Assembly (NCBI RefSeq): GCF_009914755.1
Contig: NC_060925.1
Source: the human T2T-CHM13v2.0 reference genome, Homo sapiens
DNA length: 64,000 nucleotides
Direction: 5' to 3' (one strand)
Shown: piece after piece, positions 14,749 to 27,358 of the stretch
How the letters are laid out: each line of letters starts with the position of its first letter
Numbering within the stretch: position 1 is the stretch's first letter
Made by a program: the position numbers and the translations under genes
The notes under the pieces: model-generated
Seen by the model: only the letters and a program-made list of their open reading frames with translations
The model's database searches: none
What the model was told of the DNA's origin: nothing

Positions 14749-15480
14749 GTGAGTTTACGACAGGAATAATTACCTGCCTCACGTCTGAGTTAAAATAACT
14801 AGAAATTGTGCTGAAGGGCTGTAATGGAAAGGCACTAGCTAGTGCATTTCTGAAACTGGAAGAATCCAATTTTACCAGGACACAGAATTTAATGCCAGGA
14901 GGGGTGAAAGGGGGAACCACAGAGACCTGCCTGGCCCTCCAAATCTGAGTAAAGGGTGTCTCTGCTCAATATCAAACTAGGTGGGTCCTGCTCCCCTATT
15001 TGTGGTGTAGGCATTGGGAAAACCACTGTGGCTGTTTTTGGCTAGGCACTGCTAATAGCTGCTCTGCAAAAAGGGCAAACATAAAAGGGCAGCAGTTTCA
15101 AGGTCAAATTCCCCAAGGACTTTGGGAAGCATTTGTTGTTTCTCCCTAGCTGGGAGATGCTTTCCTTAGGCCAGAGGGAGCATATCTCTTCAGGAGTTCC
15201 TATTAAAATCTTTGAGGAGAGCAACATATGAGATTTTTTTTTTTAATCAAAGGAACACTAGGCTTGTATTTCATGTATGTAGTTGATTTTTAAGTTCTAT
15301 TTTTCATTTAAAAGTACTTGGAATCTAAAAAACAATGTTCTCTCATTTTTGTAAGAGTTGCAGCCCCATCCTTAATTTCCACTGGTTGCTTGGGTAGAAT
15401 GGGGCACCTGGGGAAACTTAAGCTGGAAGGGTATCATGAAAAGTGACAGATACACTAATTCCTTTTGTGTTTTCTTGTAG

Positions 15481-15550
15481 AAAGACAAGGCACTCTCTCC
15501 ACAGCAGCCCCAACAACTAGCCCTGCACCCTGTCTCTCTAACCACCACAA
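15481..15550 (+). CDS. C1orf162: C1orf162 coding exon 2, S/T/P-rich stalk (ERQGTLSTAAPTTSPAPCLSNHHN)
   Basis: tttcttgtag| acceptor, |gtaaat donor, 70 nt, phase 1-2, frame continuous. Confidence 0.9.
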
Positions 15551-16016
15551 GTAAATGAGCATTCTCCTATCTGTTTCATCTTGTACCACGTGGGATTTGA
15601 TGTTGTGCTGACAGCCTCGGCTTGGGGATTTGGGCAGGGAGACTGGGGAGAAAGGACTAGAAACAGTAAAAGAACAAAGTCAGTTTGTGATCTCAGGAGT
15701 ATGGCTCTTAATTTGGCATCCCCTAAGCTTCAAGAGATCCATGGATCCCCTAAGCTTATAGGTAAAATTTGCTGGGTGGGGAATTATGAACATTGTGTGG
15801 GTTGAGGGAGGGGGAGAGGAAGAGGCCACAGCTTCCTCTGAGGCCTCAAATGGATGTGAAACTCAAAAGCAAAAGCTGAAAACCACTGGGTGAAAGTTCA
15901 TTAATCAGTGTGAAAACCATTTCAGGAGTCCATCCATAGGCAGGAAAGGTTTCACTCTTTAGGAAAGGCCTTCAAAAGCCCAACAGTTCATCCCCTGCCT
16001 TTCTTTGCCAAAACAG

Positions 16017-16111
16017 CAAAAAACATTTAATCCTTGCCTTTTGTGCTGGGGTTCTACTGACACTGCTGCTGATAGCCTTTATCTTCCTCATCATAAAGAG
16101 CTACAGAAAAT
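16017..16111 (+). CDS. C1orf162: C1orf162 coding exon 3, transmembrane (KKHLILAFCAGVLLTLLLIAFIFLIIKSYRK)
   Basis: aaacag| acceptor, |gtaagt donor, 95 nt, phase 2-1; hydrophobic helix followed by basic residues. Confidence 0.92.
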
Positions 16112-16407
16112 GTAAGTGGTCTCCAAGGGATAGGACAGCCCTTCTCTCTCTGCCATTGATACTAGAATTAGCTATGAGTGAGTAATGGGAGGAGGTAGGG
16201 GAGGGTGCAGTGTGATAAAACCTGCTTAGCCCACCCTGTCTGCAGACTGAAGATTCAAATCCCTTCATTTTTCTTCCGCCCTGACCCCACCCACCTGCCA
16301 ACACCTCCTCCCCACCCCACCCTTCACCCAAGATCGAAGGGAGAGGCTTCCCATTTCCCCAGGCCCATTGCTGAGATGGGTCCCTCTTCTTTCTGGCACC
16401 ATGGCAG

Positions 16408-16457
16408 ATCACTCCAAGCCCCAGGCCCCAGATCCTCACTCAGATCCTCCAGCCAAG
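16408..16457 (+). CDS. C1orf162: C1orf162 coding exon 4 (YHSKPQAPDPHSDPPAK); alternative acceptor at 16333 adds 25 aa
   Basis: ggcag| acceptor, AAG|gtaaga donor, phase 1-0. Confidence 0.88.
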
Positions 16458-16664
16458 GTAAGATGACCACACTGTTTTGGGGACACTGAAGGGCTACCGT
16501 CATTGGAATTCCCCTCCATACTCTTCATTATCTGCTAGAATGGTGGTATTGATTTCCAGACACTGGGCAAGTGATTCTTTGACCAAAGTGCTCAGGTTGC
16601 TTCTAAAGAGCAACCTTTTGCTCCAGACTGGACTCACTCATTCCTCCTTTTTCTCCCTCTGCAG

Positions 16665-16805
16665 CTTTCATCCATCCCAGGGGAATCACTTACCTATGCC
16701 AGCACAACTTTCAAACTCTCAGAAGAAAAGAGCAATCACTTGGCTGAGAACCATTCTGCAGACTTTGACCCCATTGTCTATGCTCAAATTAAAGTAACAA
16801 ACTAA
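16665..16805 (+). CDS. C1orf162: C1orf162 last coding exon (LSSIPGESLTYASTTF...DPIVYAQIKVTN*)
   Basis: ctccctctgcag| acceptor; TAA at 16803-16805; spliced CDS 37+70+95+50+141=393 nt, 130 aa. Confidence 0.92.
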   Translation, partial: LSSIPGESLTYASTTFKLSEEKSNHLAENHSADFDPIVYAQIKVTN

Positions 16806-17173
16806 CTCAGCTTTTCCAATGAGGCTTGAATCCATTTCCTCTCATCTCAGCCCTATCTTCACACATCACTTTCACTTTTTTACAAATTTTGGACCACCAC
16901 CTGTGTGAAACTGCAGTCGGAGTTGTTTAGATGTGATCTGGCAATGCTATCCAGCATCTTTGGAGACCAATGGTCAGTCTTTTCCTGGCCAGAGGAAAGA
17001 TTGATGGCCCTCCCACTTGAACTGACAGCCTGTGAGCCCCTTGGGGGCATAGACTGCCTTCCTTGGACCCTTCCAAAGTGTGTGGTACAGAGCTCAGTGC
17101 ACAGAGTATTCACCCAGCATCATGAATCAACTTGGGAGGAGTCAACCAAATGAACAATCTACCAAAAATTTCA

Positions 17174-17179
17174 AATAAA
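17174..17179 (+). terminator. C1orf162: C1orf162 polyadenylation signal
   Basis: AATAAA ~370 nt after the stop, followed by a U/GU-rich element (ttattatttgtttgtctgtt). Confidence 0.8.
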
Positions 17180-17749
17180 GTCAAACCCCCCACAGTGCTG
17201 CCTCCATCTTTATTATTTGTTTGTCTGTTCCTGCCACCTTCTCCAGAGGTCAAGATTAAAAGTCCAGAGCTCATTCACAGCCAAAAACACCACCAAAGGT
17301 GATGGCACTTGGAAACAAGCTCAGATTTGATTGGGGTGCAGGTACCAAACTCTGCCACTAACTAGCAGCATTCATTTAGGCAAACTTGTTAAACTTTTCA
17401 AGCCTGAAGTCTTTCATCTTGAAAACAGAGATAACACTTACCACTAATATTTAGTGTGAAGATTAAATGAAATATCTTATACATAAACATTCTATACATC
17501 CAAGAGCTCTACACAAACACAAGGTCCCTACTGTATAAAGCACTATGCAAATGGAGATTTCTACCTCCATCCTATAGCATAAGAGGTATGCATAACAACA
17601 TTATATGAGAACCAAAGATAAAGATTAAACATTAATTCCCCCAAAATCCCAATGAATAATCACATATAAAAATCCCATTAAAAATATCATCAGATGAGTT
17701 CCCAAAGGTGAACAACAACAAAATATCAATAAGATTATTTTTCACCGGG

Positions 17750-19310
17750 CAGGCTTACTCTAAATTTCCTATGTAAACCATAAACAAGACAGCAAATCCA
17801 GAAAAATGTATAAAAATAAATAATTAAAGTTATATGGGAAGGCTAGCCCTAGTAGCTAACTAAAAGTACTTGTTTTATTAAGCATCACTAATTAAAGCAA
17901 TATGTTAATGGTACCTGAATAAATAAATCAATTGAATAGAATTTAAAGACCAGAAATACATCAAAATATATAAGGAAATTTAGAGTATGATGAAGATGGC
18001 ATATGAAATCATTTGGGAGAAATTGGTTTATTCAATAAGTGGTAGCAAGATAACTAGATAACCATGTAAATGAAAATAAAGTAGGATCCATATTTCACTT
18101 CTTATATGAAAATAAATCCCAGATGTGAAAAATTTAACAGTAAAAAAAATCATAAAAGCACTAGAAGAAAATATGGGAGAATTTTTAAAAATATTTTTGT
18201 AGAGCATGCCTTTGAATGTATGTCACAAATCCCAGAAACCAGAAAAGATTAACTTGACTTCTAAAGTACAATTAAAAGTCCAAAGTACCATTAAAAAGTC
18301 AAAAGGCAAATGACAAGCTTAGAAAACACTTGCAAAGCATCTTATAGATATATAAAGATCATTTGTAAATCAACAGGGGAAAAAATGAACAACTCAATAG
18401 AAAGGACAAGGGATAGGGGTGGGCAATTTGTAGGAAAGAATATATAAATGGCTCAAATATATGAAAAGATACTCGACTTCACTCATAATAAGGGAAATAA
18501 TGATTACAACTAAAATTACATAATTTTTTCTATCAGTAAGACTGGCAAAATTCAAAAAGTTTGCTACCTGTGTGGGCAAGACTTGGGGGGAACCAAGACA
18601 CACATACACTACTGGTGGGAGAGCACGTTGGTACAGCTACCACAGAAGACCATTTGGCAATAGCCAACAACATTCTAAATTCTTTTCTAAGAATTTATAA
18701 ATAATCCTATTTCTAAGGATTTATCCTACTCAAATACATGGAAAATTGCCTACGTAACTTGAACTGCAGCAGTAATCAAATTGGCTAGAACTTACTGAGG
18801 CTTATTACACTTTTAGTACGATTCTAAGTGCGTGGCATGTATTCGTGGAATCCTCACAGAACACTGTGAGGTACAATTATTACTCATTTTAGATACAGAA
18901 ATGGAGGCACAGAGAGGTTAAGTAACTTGCCCAAGTTCACATTGCTAGTAGTAGTGGCACCGGAACTCAACCCTGGGTAGGCTGGCTCCAGAGTTTGCAT
19001 GTTTATACATTATGCTCAATTCTCTGAAACAGCAAAAGATCGAGAAAATCTTCATTGTACATGGAGAGGAGACTGGTTCATTGAGTGCAATGTAGCCATT
19101 AAAAAGAATGAGGCAGCTCTATATGTTCTAATAAAAACAGATATCTATGATATATTGCAAGCTGTTGAACAGAATTATGAATATGCTCTACTCACATGTA
19201 GTAGAGTATATGTGTATCTATATATTTAGTATACCTCTGGAAGAAAACACAATGAATGGTCTTGGTGATGGCCTCTGGGGAGGGGAAATTGCTACCTGTG
19301 GGACTGAGGA
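17750..19310 (+). mobile_element. Old L1 (L1ME-like) 3' region with MIR insert (~18780-18995)
   Basis: ttattcaataagtggtagc, aaatatatgaaaagatactcgacttcactcataata; MIR core gaggcacagagaggttaagtaacttgcccaag. Confidence 0.7.
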
Positions 19311-19772
19311 TCCCTAAACATATAGATATAAATAAGAGGACTGAGCAGACAGAAACCAAAATATCATCTTTATTATGAACATGGTCAACATTGGAGAATA
19401 GAGCTTATACTACAGCTGCAAAGAAGTTCAGAATACTGAACTCCACTACTGAGTTATAAGCTGCACCAGAGCAAGCCCACCCGTCCCAACAAGCAATGCA
19501 GTTGTTCAACCTTCCCCTAAGGAGTTGCAGAAGAGCTCATGTGCTCTTTCAAATCTGCACCCAAAAGAGTAAAAGAGGAAGAGGAAGAAAGAAAGTATGT
19601 ATGCCCAGTTCCTATTCCCAGTCTGCCATGTCAGATAGCCCCCTCTACCTCCCATGGTGGGGGGTCACTGAGGAGTGTTGCCTTAATGGAGCTCAGTCTA
19701 CACCAAAGGAAGCAGGAGTGGGAGAGAAGCATCCACCACAGATCTTTCAAAAATACATTAAATAATATTTTG

Positions 19773-20070
19773 GGGTCTGGGTGTAGTGTCTCTTGCCTGT
19801 AATTCCAGTCCTTTGGGAGGCCAAGGCAGAAAGATTGCTTGAGCCCCAAAATTTGAGACCAGTCTGGGCAACATAGGGAGATCCCACCTTTACAAAAAAT
19901 AAAATAACTAGCCAGGCATGGTGGTGCATGCCTGTGGTCCCAGCTACTTGGGAGGGTGAGGTGGGAGGATTACTTGAGCCCAGGAGGTTGAGCCTGCAGT
20001 GAGCCAAGATTACACCACTGTACTCCAGCCTGGGTGGCAGAATGAGACTCTGTCTTAATAATAATAATTC
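19773..20070 (+). mobile_element. Alu (AluJ-type)
   Basis: gattgcttgagccc...ggcaacataggg dimer with (TAA)n tail. Confidence 0.9.
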
Positions 20071-20366
20071 TTATTATTATTTGCAAAATCAAGTTAAGAA
20101 AATTGAAGTCCAAGGAGATGAAATAATTTACTCAATGACATCTGGCTAAAAATAAATGGCAGAACAAAAATTTAAATCAAGTCCTCTGACTTCAAATTCC
20201 TTGCATCTGGCCTCCACATCAAGCCGCCCCACAGCACTTATGGTGTCAAGGAGACGAGAAAGGCAAAGAGTCAGGTGACGTGATCCAGACAGCATGTTCT
20301 TTCTGAGAGAGAGCAACTGCTCCTGGAAGTTGGATTTTGAGGGAGAAGCCAGTGGAAGACAGTTTG

Positions 20367-20401
<35 letters not shown>

Positions 20402-22051
20402 AGTCTCTCTGTGGGAGTGAACAGGTCTAGAAGAAAAACAGGTTTAAGGGAGATAATTCAGTGAGGTGGCCACAGCACCACCAGGGCAGCCACCCCACGA
20501 GGGCAGCAGAGACCCAGGAATGGCCTTCTCCCGTTCGCTGACTGTAGGAAGTGCACACAGGGAGGCCTCTTGAGCTTTCAGCTGTTCCCAAACTTGGGGC
20601 TGACATCAAACAATTCTGCCATCCCTGAAGCTAGAGGCCATATCAGCTTTCCAGTTCAGGGCCAGCACCTTATAAACATCGCTACAAGAGTAGAGTAAGC
20701 ACTGTCACTTGGCTAGCACTGTCACTTGGCTATCTACTTGTACAAGAAATATCAAATTAATTGCTCTTTCCTGTTTTCTTGAAGCTGCCCATTTTTTTTT
20801 TTAATGGTATAGCCCTAAACAGCGTCTTGTTTTTTGTCTTCACATTATGCAGCCAGCCTTGCTGGAGGATAAAATGAGTAATTAAATGATTGACCCCAAA
20901 TTCAAAGATCTTTGCTAGGTAAGAGCAGAACAAAGCTCTTGAATCCTGGATCATGGAATCAGAACAAACCTACAGGGAAATGGTTCTCCAGACATCGTGA
21001 ATGTAAATCTTCCAAGACATCTGTAGATGTCTTCATCTGCTGCGGAAGGTCTATGTCTGCTATCTCGCCTTGTAGAATGGAATGTCCTAACTGAACCCAA
21101 ACTGTATTGCTATTTGCAGAACTGGTGGGTTAATGATCCCATTTGTTTAAATTCAATACAGGGCCACAGGGGAGGAATTGGGGCTGTTTTGTGGCTAAGG
21201 GAAAAGAGAGCACTTTTGATGTTGTTTGATCTGAGCCTCTGGCAAGGAGGTGGGTTGTACAGAAACACAGAGGTGTGGTGTCCACACCCTCATCCCTTCC
21301 CATCAGGCCGTTGAGTAGCTTTGAATTCCCTACCTTTGGGGAATTAGGACTTAGGGTGGAAGCTGAAGGAAGTGTGTTCATGAACGATTTTGTGGGAGTC
21401 TGGATCTAAACACACAGGACATGTGCAGAATTATTTCAACAAACAACCTCCCTGTTCCAACTCTGCTCAGACCAGAAGGCCACTTGAGTATCCTGAGGAC
21501 TGAGGCTGGCCAGCACACCCATTAGAAGAGATCGTAACACAATGAAAAGCAGGCTTGTGATGACGGCAGCACAGACAGTGAGTGGGAGGCCCTGAGAATT
21601 CCCAGAAATAGCAGGAGAGACCCTATATGGGGAGAGAGGGTGTAGATATGCAGGTGGGAGCTAAGAGTGTTGGTAATTCTGGCATGAATGGCAATATAAC
21701 CTCATTCACACCCATGGCTGTGATGTCTTGTTCTTGATTTGTATTTCCTGATTTGAATGAATATTTCACTTAAGTTATCACACCTTGGTTTCTCATTGAT
21801 CAAAAGCAGCATCCCTTTAGTCAGGTGGAAGTTTCCCATTAAGGATGAGAGGAATGGCCTTTTCACCAAAAGAATCTGAGAACCACTGATTTAGTCTATC
21901 TCCCTTTCTTTGGGTTGGGCAGCATTTGATACCAATTCAGAAATGAGTTAGAACGTTATTCTTTGAAAGAAACTTTTCCAGAAATATTTTTACAGTGATA
22001 CCCTAGAAGAAGTTACTCATACCTTGGAGTTCATTCAACACTGGCTAGGAA

Positions 22052-22057
22052 TTTATT
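22052..22057 (-). terminator. TMIGD3: TMIGD3 polyadenylation signal
   Basis: Plus-strand TTTATT (minus AATAAA) ~310 nt past the stop codon. Confidence 0.75.
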
Positions 22058-22368
22058 GGCTAACAAAATACAAGTGATTTCCTGGTCCCCAATCCAGATT
22101 CTCCACCTCTTCTTCACTTCTGACTGATGGAATGCATAAGAACTAAGATCTTGAGATGTTATTTGAGGGCAGCCTTGCTTGGGTGTGGTCTATCATAGCT
22201 CCTCTGACTACTGCCGTTGCTACCTGGCTGCAAATGATTGTTGTCAAGGATAGAGGGACCTTCAGAATTCCTGGGAGATCAGAATCAGTCTCTGAGGTGT
22301 GGGCCAGTTGTCATGGTGATTATTCTGTTGTAGCATCACTTTATGAACTAAATTAAAAAAATCTTCAG

Positions 22369-22439
22369 TCACATCTGTTCAGTAGGAGCCATTTCCTTTG
22401 GAGTCAGGACACGCGAGAAGGGCTTCAAAGTGTTGCCTA
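22369..22439 (-). CDS. TMIGD3: TMIGD3 last coding exon (VGNTLKPFSRVLTPKEMAPTEQM*)
   Basis: Minus-strand caaag| acceptor, TGA at 22371-22369, frame continuous with the TM exon. Confidence 0.85.
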
Positions 22440-23745
22440 CTTTGTTGGGGAATAGAAAGGGAAAATGGAGTTGAGATCTATTGCCTACCCCTGAAGAGTG
22501 TTTCTGCAGCAAAAGTTCCAAACTCTGTCATGGGGCTTTCATGGGGACTAAACACAAGTTTATTTTCAGGGCTGAGATCAGATATCATTACTGCAAAGCC
22601 CATCAGTAGGAAAGTCAATAAGAAGGCTTGGTACACAGGGCTTGCATTCACCTCTGTGAACACAGCTGAACTTCTTCAGAGCCCAAGAATGTCAAAGCTA
22701 GGAGCCTTGGTTCAGGCTGCCACATTTCATCTGCCTGAGTTTGAGGAAGCAGGCCATGGCTACAACAGGCTGTACAACTTCTTGCTAAAAAGAAGTAGCG
22801 TTGAGTTCTACTGCCTCATCTTTCATAGTATCATGTGCCTTTCCTTAAGAGCACTGACTCCTGGTGGCAATGTTACATTTGGGTGTTGATGTGTGATGTG
22901 TGATAGTTTGTCTTCCTCCCCCTCTACAAGTTCCATGGACACAGATGGCATTTATTTTGCCCATCTTTGTATCCCCAGCATCTAGCTAGCATGGTCCTTT
23001 TTTGTTGAACTAATGAATAAAAATATTGGGGAGTATGAGAATGAGACCCTCAATTTATAGAAAAGGAAACAGGCCCAGAAAAGTATAAAGTTTCCCAAGG
23101 TCACACCTTAAAAAAGTGACAATGGTTTTAGCAAAAACCTAGACTACAATTGTGTCCAGAAGGGCTGGTCTTGGGCAGACCTGAGAAAGCCATTGTCTTG
23201 TCCACATGCCCCACCTTCACAGTTCCCAAGGCTGCTAGAGGACAAAAGGTCAAGAATGCTGTGGGAGCCACTACTTTGCTTTTTTTAGGGCTCCTATTCT
23301 GACCACAGGAACAAAATATCCCAGGGAAAGTATGAGGCCTTGAAGCCTTTGCTTTGCATTTCAGATTCTTCTGGCTATGGATCCTGGTGTATCACTAGCA
23401 AGGGTTACTAGGAGTGTTTTTCTGTCTTTTTCTGAAATATTGTTCTTCTACATTTCCATACCCAAGGGAGGTTGCAGTCTGTTTTTAATTATGCCTACAG
23501 ACTCTTCATTGCCTAAGGTGTTCCTGTGATTTCTGAGCATAAAAAGAAAAATGCAAAACTACTATTAGCCAAACAGTGGCAACTGTGCAATGTTCTTTCT
23601 GCTCTGTGTACACTTCAGAGGTTGGCATATTTGCCACATGCTGGAGGATTCTCTGAACAGTAAGACCAGCCTTGTCTTACTGACCAGTCATGTCTCTGAT
23701 GCTGCCCTAAAGGGAAAGGTGGGCACACAGTCCCTTCTCTATTTA

Positions 23746-24040
<295 letters not shown>

Positions 24041-24421
24041 TATATGAAAAAGGAGACTCTTCTATACCTGCTTACCCAGCGGTCCCAGAAGCTCATTCCT
24101 TCGACAGGAGCCCGAAGTTTGTGTGCTGGGGAGGTAGGTGGCTCTGCAGATGGGAACCTGGTGTGGTTGTCTCAGGACCTCCTTCCTTCCTGACCTACAC
24201 ATGTATCCACTTAAGAAAGCTCCAGTGCTCCCTCTGTCACTTCTCGTGATGCCTTGTCACCATCAAGCAGATATCTACCCCAGCCCATGGCTGGCTGCAT
24301 TGGTCTCCAGGTGACCAGGCAATATGAAGAGGCTCTCATTCACTCATTTGAAATCTGCTCCTTGACCTCTTTCATTTTCTCTAATTCTTGCCCACCCCCT
24401 CCCTCAACAATAGCTACTTAC

Positions 24422-24522
24422 CCCTTCTATTCCTTTGACTTCTCCTCCTTTTGGTCAAATGACTGATTACAGAGATGATTCCCAAACCCGTGATCAGTAT
24501 GCAAATGATGAGAATGGACGTC
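24422..24522 (-). CDS. TMIGD3: TMIGD3 transmembrane exon (RTSILIICILITGLGIISVISHLTKRRRSQRNRR)
   Basis: ccttctag| acceptor, G|gtaagt donor, 101 nt, phase 2-1. Confidence 0.9.
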
Positions 24523-25267
24523 CTAGAAGGAACCACAGCAGATTTCATGTTGCTTGGAAGAAACTGCCTATTGATTCTCAGCTCTGGATCCCTTTTTCTG
24601 GGATTTGCACCCCTGCCCACCCCCCAACCCAGTTACAGTAGCTTCTGGGAACCGTATTCCTTTAGAGTGACCCTGTCCTTTGGACCACCCTCGATGGGAC
24701 CTGCTGAGCATCTGACTAAGCTGGGCCAATGAACCCCTTCCTCAGAAATTAACTGTGGATTGGGAATAGGAGAATCCAGTCTCAGACTGGCCAGTCTCTT
24801 GAATGGGGGAGAAATAAACTTAGGAACCATAAATGGATGACTATTAGGGGAAAAAAGAGAAATATACAAGGGCAATACAGAGACAGAAGGAAGGAAACAC
24901 ACAGATTCGAAGCAGATTAGAGACTGAGGTAAATTCGTGATGATGTTCCTGACAATTTCCAAGGGTGGCCACATCCCTGCTCCTGCATTTGAAACACCTC
25001 TCTCTCCTTATGATAAATGTCCCCTTTTAATTAAAATAGCTAGAGGGCTTTTTTGCTGCTTGCAACCAAGAGTCCTAAACTGTATTTTTTTTTTTTTTTT
25101 GAGGAAACCAAATACTCAGATTAAGGATACATAGTTAAGGTGGAGAAATAATGTGCAGTAGAAAAGTTGTCGGTGCAAATCAACTGTCATATCATACTGC
25201 TGCCACCCCAGCCCCTACCTCCACCCCACCGCCCCAAGCCCATTCATCCGCCGAGACTATGACTCAC

Positions 25268-25334
25268 CTGGAGCGGTCAGCCTTGCGGACAACTTTGGGA
25301 GCCTTGCAGCTTCTGGTTTTGTTGCCTGATAGGT
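25268..25334 (-). CDS. TMIGD3: TMIGD3 stalk exon (DLSGNKTRSCKAPKVVRKADRS)
   Basis: attcag| acceptor, AG|gtgagt donor, 67 nt, phase 1-2. Confidence 0.88.
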
Positions 25335-26486
25335 CTGAATCAGAAAGGATTTGTTAAGTCAGGTGAGGCCCATAGCCAGGTCCTGCCTCTGCCTCCCAGC
25401 TGCAGCTCTGCCTGTCATTCTATGTCCAGAGAGTGAGTCCCCTGGTTGACTCCAGAGTAAAGCAGAGGTACCACGCGCAGTTGTATAAATGTGCCCTGCA
25501 CAGGGAACAAGGCTGAGGGGACAAGCAGGGGCCGACATTTAGCCCACACTCTGCTTGCCAGGCCATGCACCCTACCACTGGACTCCATGCACCTGAAGGA
25601 AGGGGCCCCTTTTCCAGATTTGAACAAAGGCCCCACGTAGACTAGAAGTGGCCCATAGTTACAGTCCTAAACTGAGGTCTCCTCCCCATAGGAGGGGATG
25701 CCAGAGGCACAAGAGGGCCAATCCTATCCTTAAAGAACTGCTCATTTGGTGATGTAATTGCCATGTTTTTCTTATGACAGCCACCAAAACCCAACGGGAG
25801 CAGTGGCACCACGACCACCTACGATACCCCCTCTGATAAGACGTGGGAGAGGTCTGTGTTTCATTTAAACTAAGGAGTACGTTCAGGTGGGAACGTTCTC
25901 TTGTCTGAGCCTAAGATTCAGGTCAAGTTGCACAGTTAAGTAAAAGCAGAACAACACAAAGTAGAAACACTGTGGGTGTGAACGATGTTACATTCCGTAG
26001 GATGCTTGCTGAATCAATCACTAGCTAGTCAAGTGTTAGCAAAACTCTCTTTCTAGCATGGGGACAGGTTTCCAAGGGCACCCCTTAAGCCCTTCTGGTT
26101 TGTTTTCCTACCAGCATTGTGCTCTGGACTGTGATAGAAAAGGACATCCTTTCTAGAAATGGAAACAACAAGAAGGCACAGGGGAAAGAGAAAAAAAAAA
26201 AGGAAGAAAGAAAGGCTAGCGCCTTCCATAAGTCCTCTGTCTGAGAGACAGAGGTTTTCTGGTGCAAAAGGAGATTTTCATCATTCAACAGAAGGAACCT
26301 GAGTGAACATCTGGAAATCCTATGTCTTAGCTCCAGCCAAGAGTTGTAATTTGTTAACTCGACTTTTCTGCTATGGGTTCCAGTTCCACCCACACCTTCC
26401 CTGTGGTCTCCAAATATAAACTGCACATTCCTTAAAAGCAAAATAGGGTGCTTACTAGTTGGACCATGAAATTTATATCTGTAAAT

Positions 26487-26785
26487 TATTATTATTATTT
26501 TTTGAGACAGGGTCTTATTCTGTCATCCAGGCTGAAGTGCAGTGGTGCAATCACGGCTCACTGCAGCCTCAACCTCCCTGGACTCAGATGATCCTCCCTT
26601 CTCAGCCTCCTGAGTAGCTGGGACTACAGGCAGGCACCACCACATCCAGCTAATTTTTGTATTTTTTGTAGGGATGGGCTTTCTCCATGTTGCCCAGGCT
26701 GGTCTTAAACTCCTGGGCTCTAGCAATCCACCCACCTCAGCCTCCCAAAGTGCTGGGATTACAGGAGTGAGCCACCGCACCTGGC
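26487..26785 (-). mobile_element. Alu (AluJ-type)
   Basis: tttgagacagggtctt...gtgagccaccgcacctggc, full antisense dimer. Confidence 0.93.
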
Positions 26786-26908
26786 TACCTCCGTATACTA
26801 TTAAATTATTTAAGTTGACAGTTACCAGGCACGTGGGTCATTTTTTGCAGCCTCAGACACCTCTCAAGAATCTAATCTTCAAGATTCTAGACCGACAAGG
26901 CACACAGA

Positions 26909-27013
26909 CTTTTTTTTTTTTTGAGACTGAGTCTCACTCTATCGCCCAGGCAGGAGTGCAGTGGCGCAATCTCGGCTCACTGCAACCTCTGCCGCCTGGT
27001 TCAAGCGATTCTC
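26909..27013 (-). mobile_element. Alu 3' fragment
   Basis: poly(T) then gagactgagtctcactct...ttcaagcgattctc. Confidence 0.88.
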
Positions 27014-27358
27014 ACACAGACATTTAATAACAACTTCAAAGCCTTTCAACATAAAGATCTCACATCTATTAGACCCTGTCAGCCTCTTCTAAGGTCCTTA
27101 AACCAGATTGCTGTAAGGGAAGAGAAGTTCTAAAAGTGCCCCAGGGCGCAGACACCCTCCTTGTCCCCAACTTCCAGCTATTCCCCAGCACTGTTAATGA
27201 CCACCCTATGTTTGCCGGAGGAAGAGAGAGGCCAGGCAGGCCCAAAGTACCCAGTGGGAGTCTGAGTTGGGGCTCACTGGCTTCAGAGAGTGCTCTCTTA
27301 GCAGCAAACACCCATGGCTGTGGGTTACATCCAGCCATACCCCAGGCAGGCTCCTTAC

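Noticed and set aside
22851-22870. Minus-strand CTCF-like TTGCCACCAGGAGTCAGTG
   Set aside because: Mismatches in the core GG(C) positions; too weak to call without ChIP data.
22398-22889. 163-aa ORF antisense to the TMIGD3 last exon
   Set aside because: Non-ATG start and no recognisable features.
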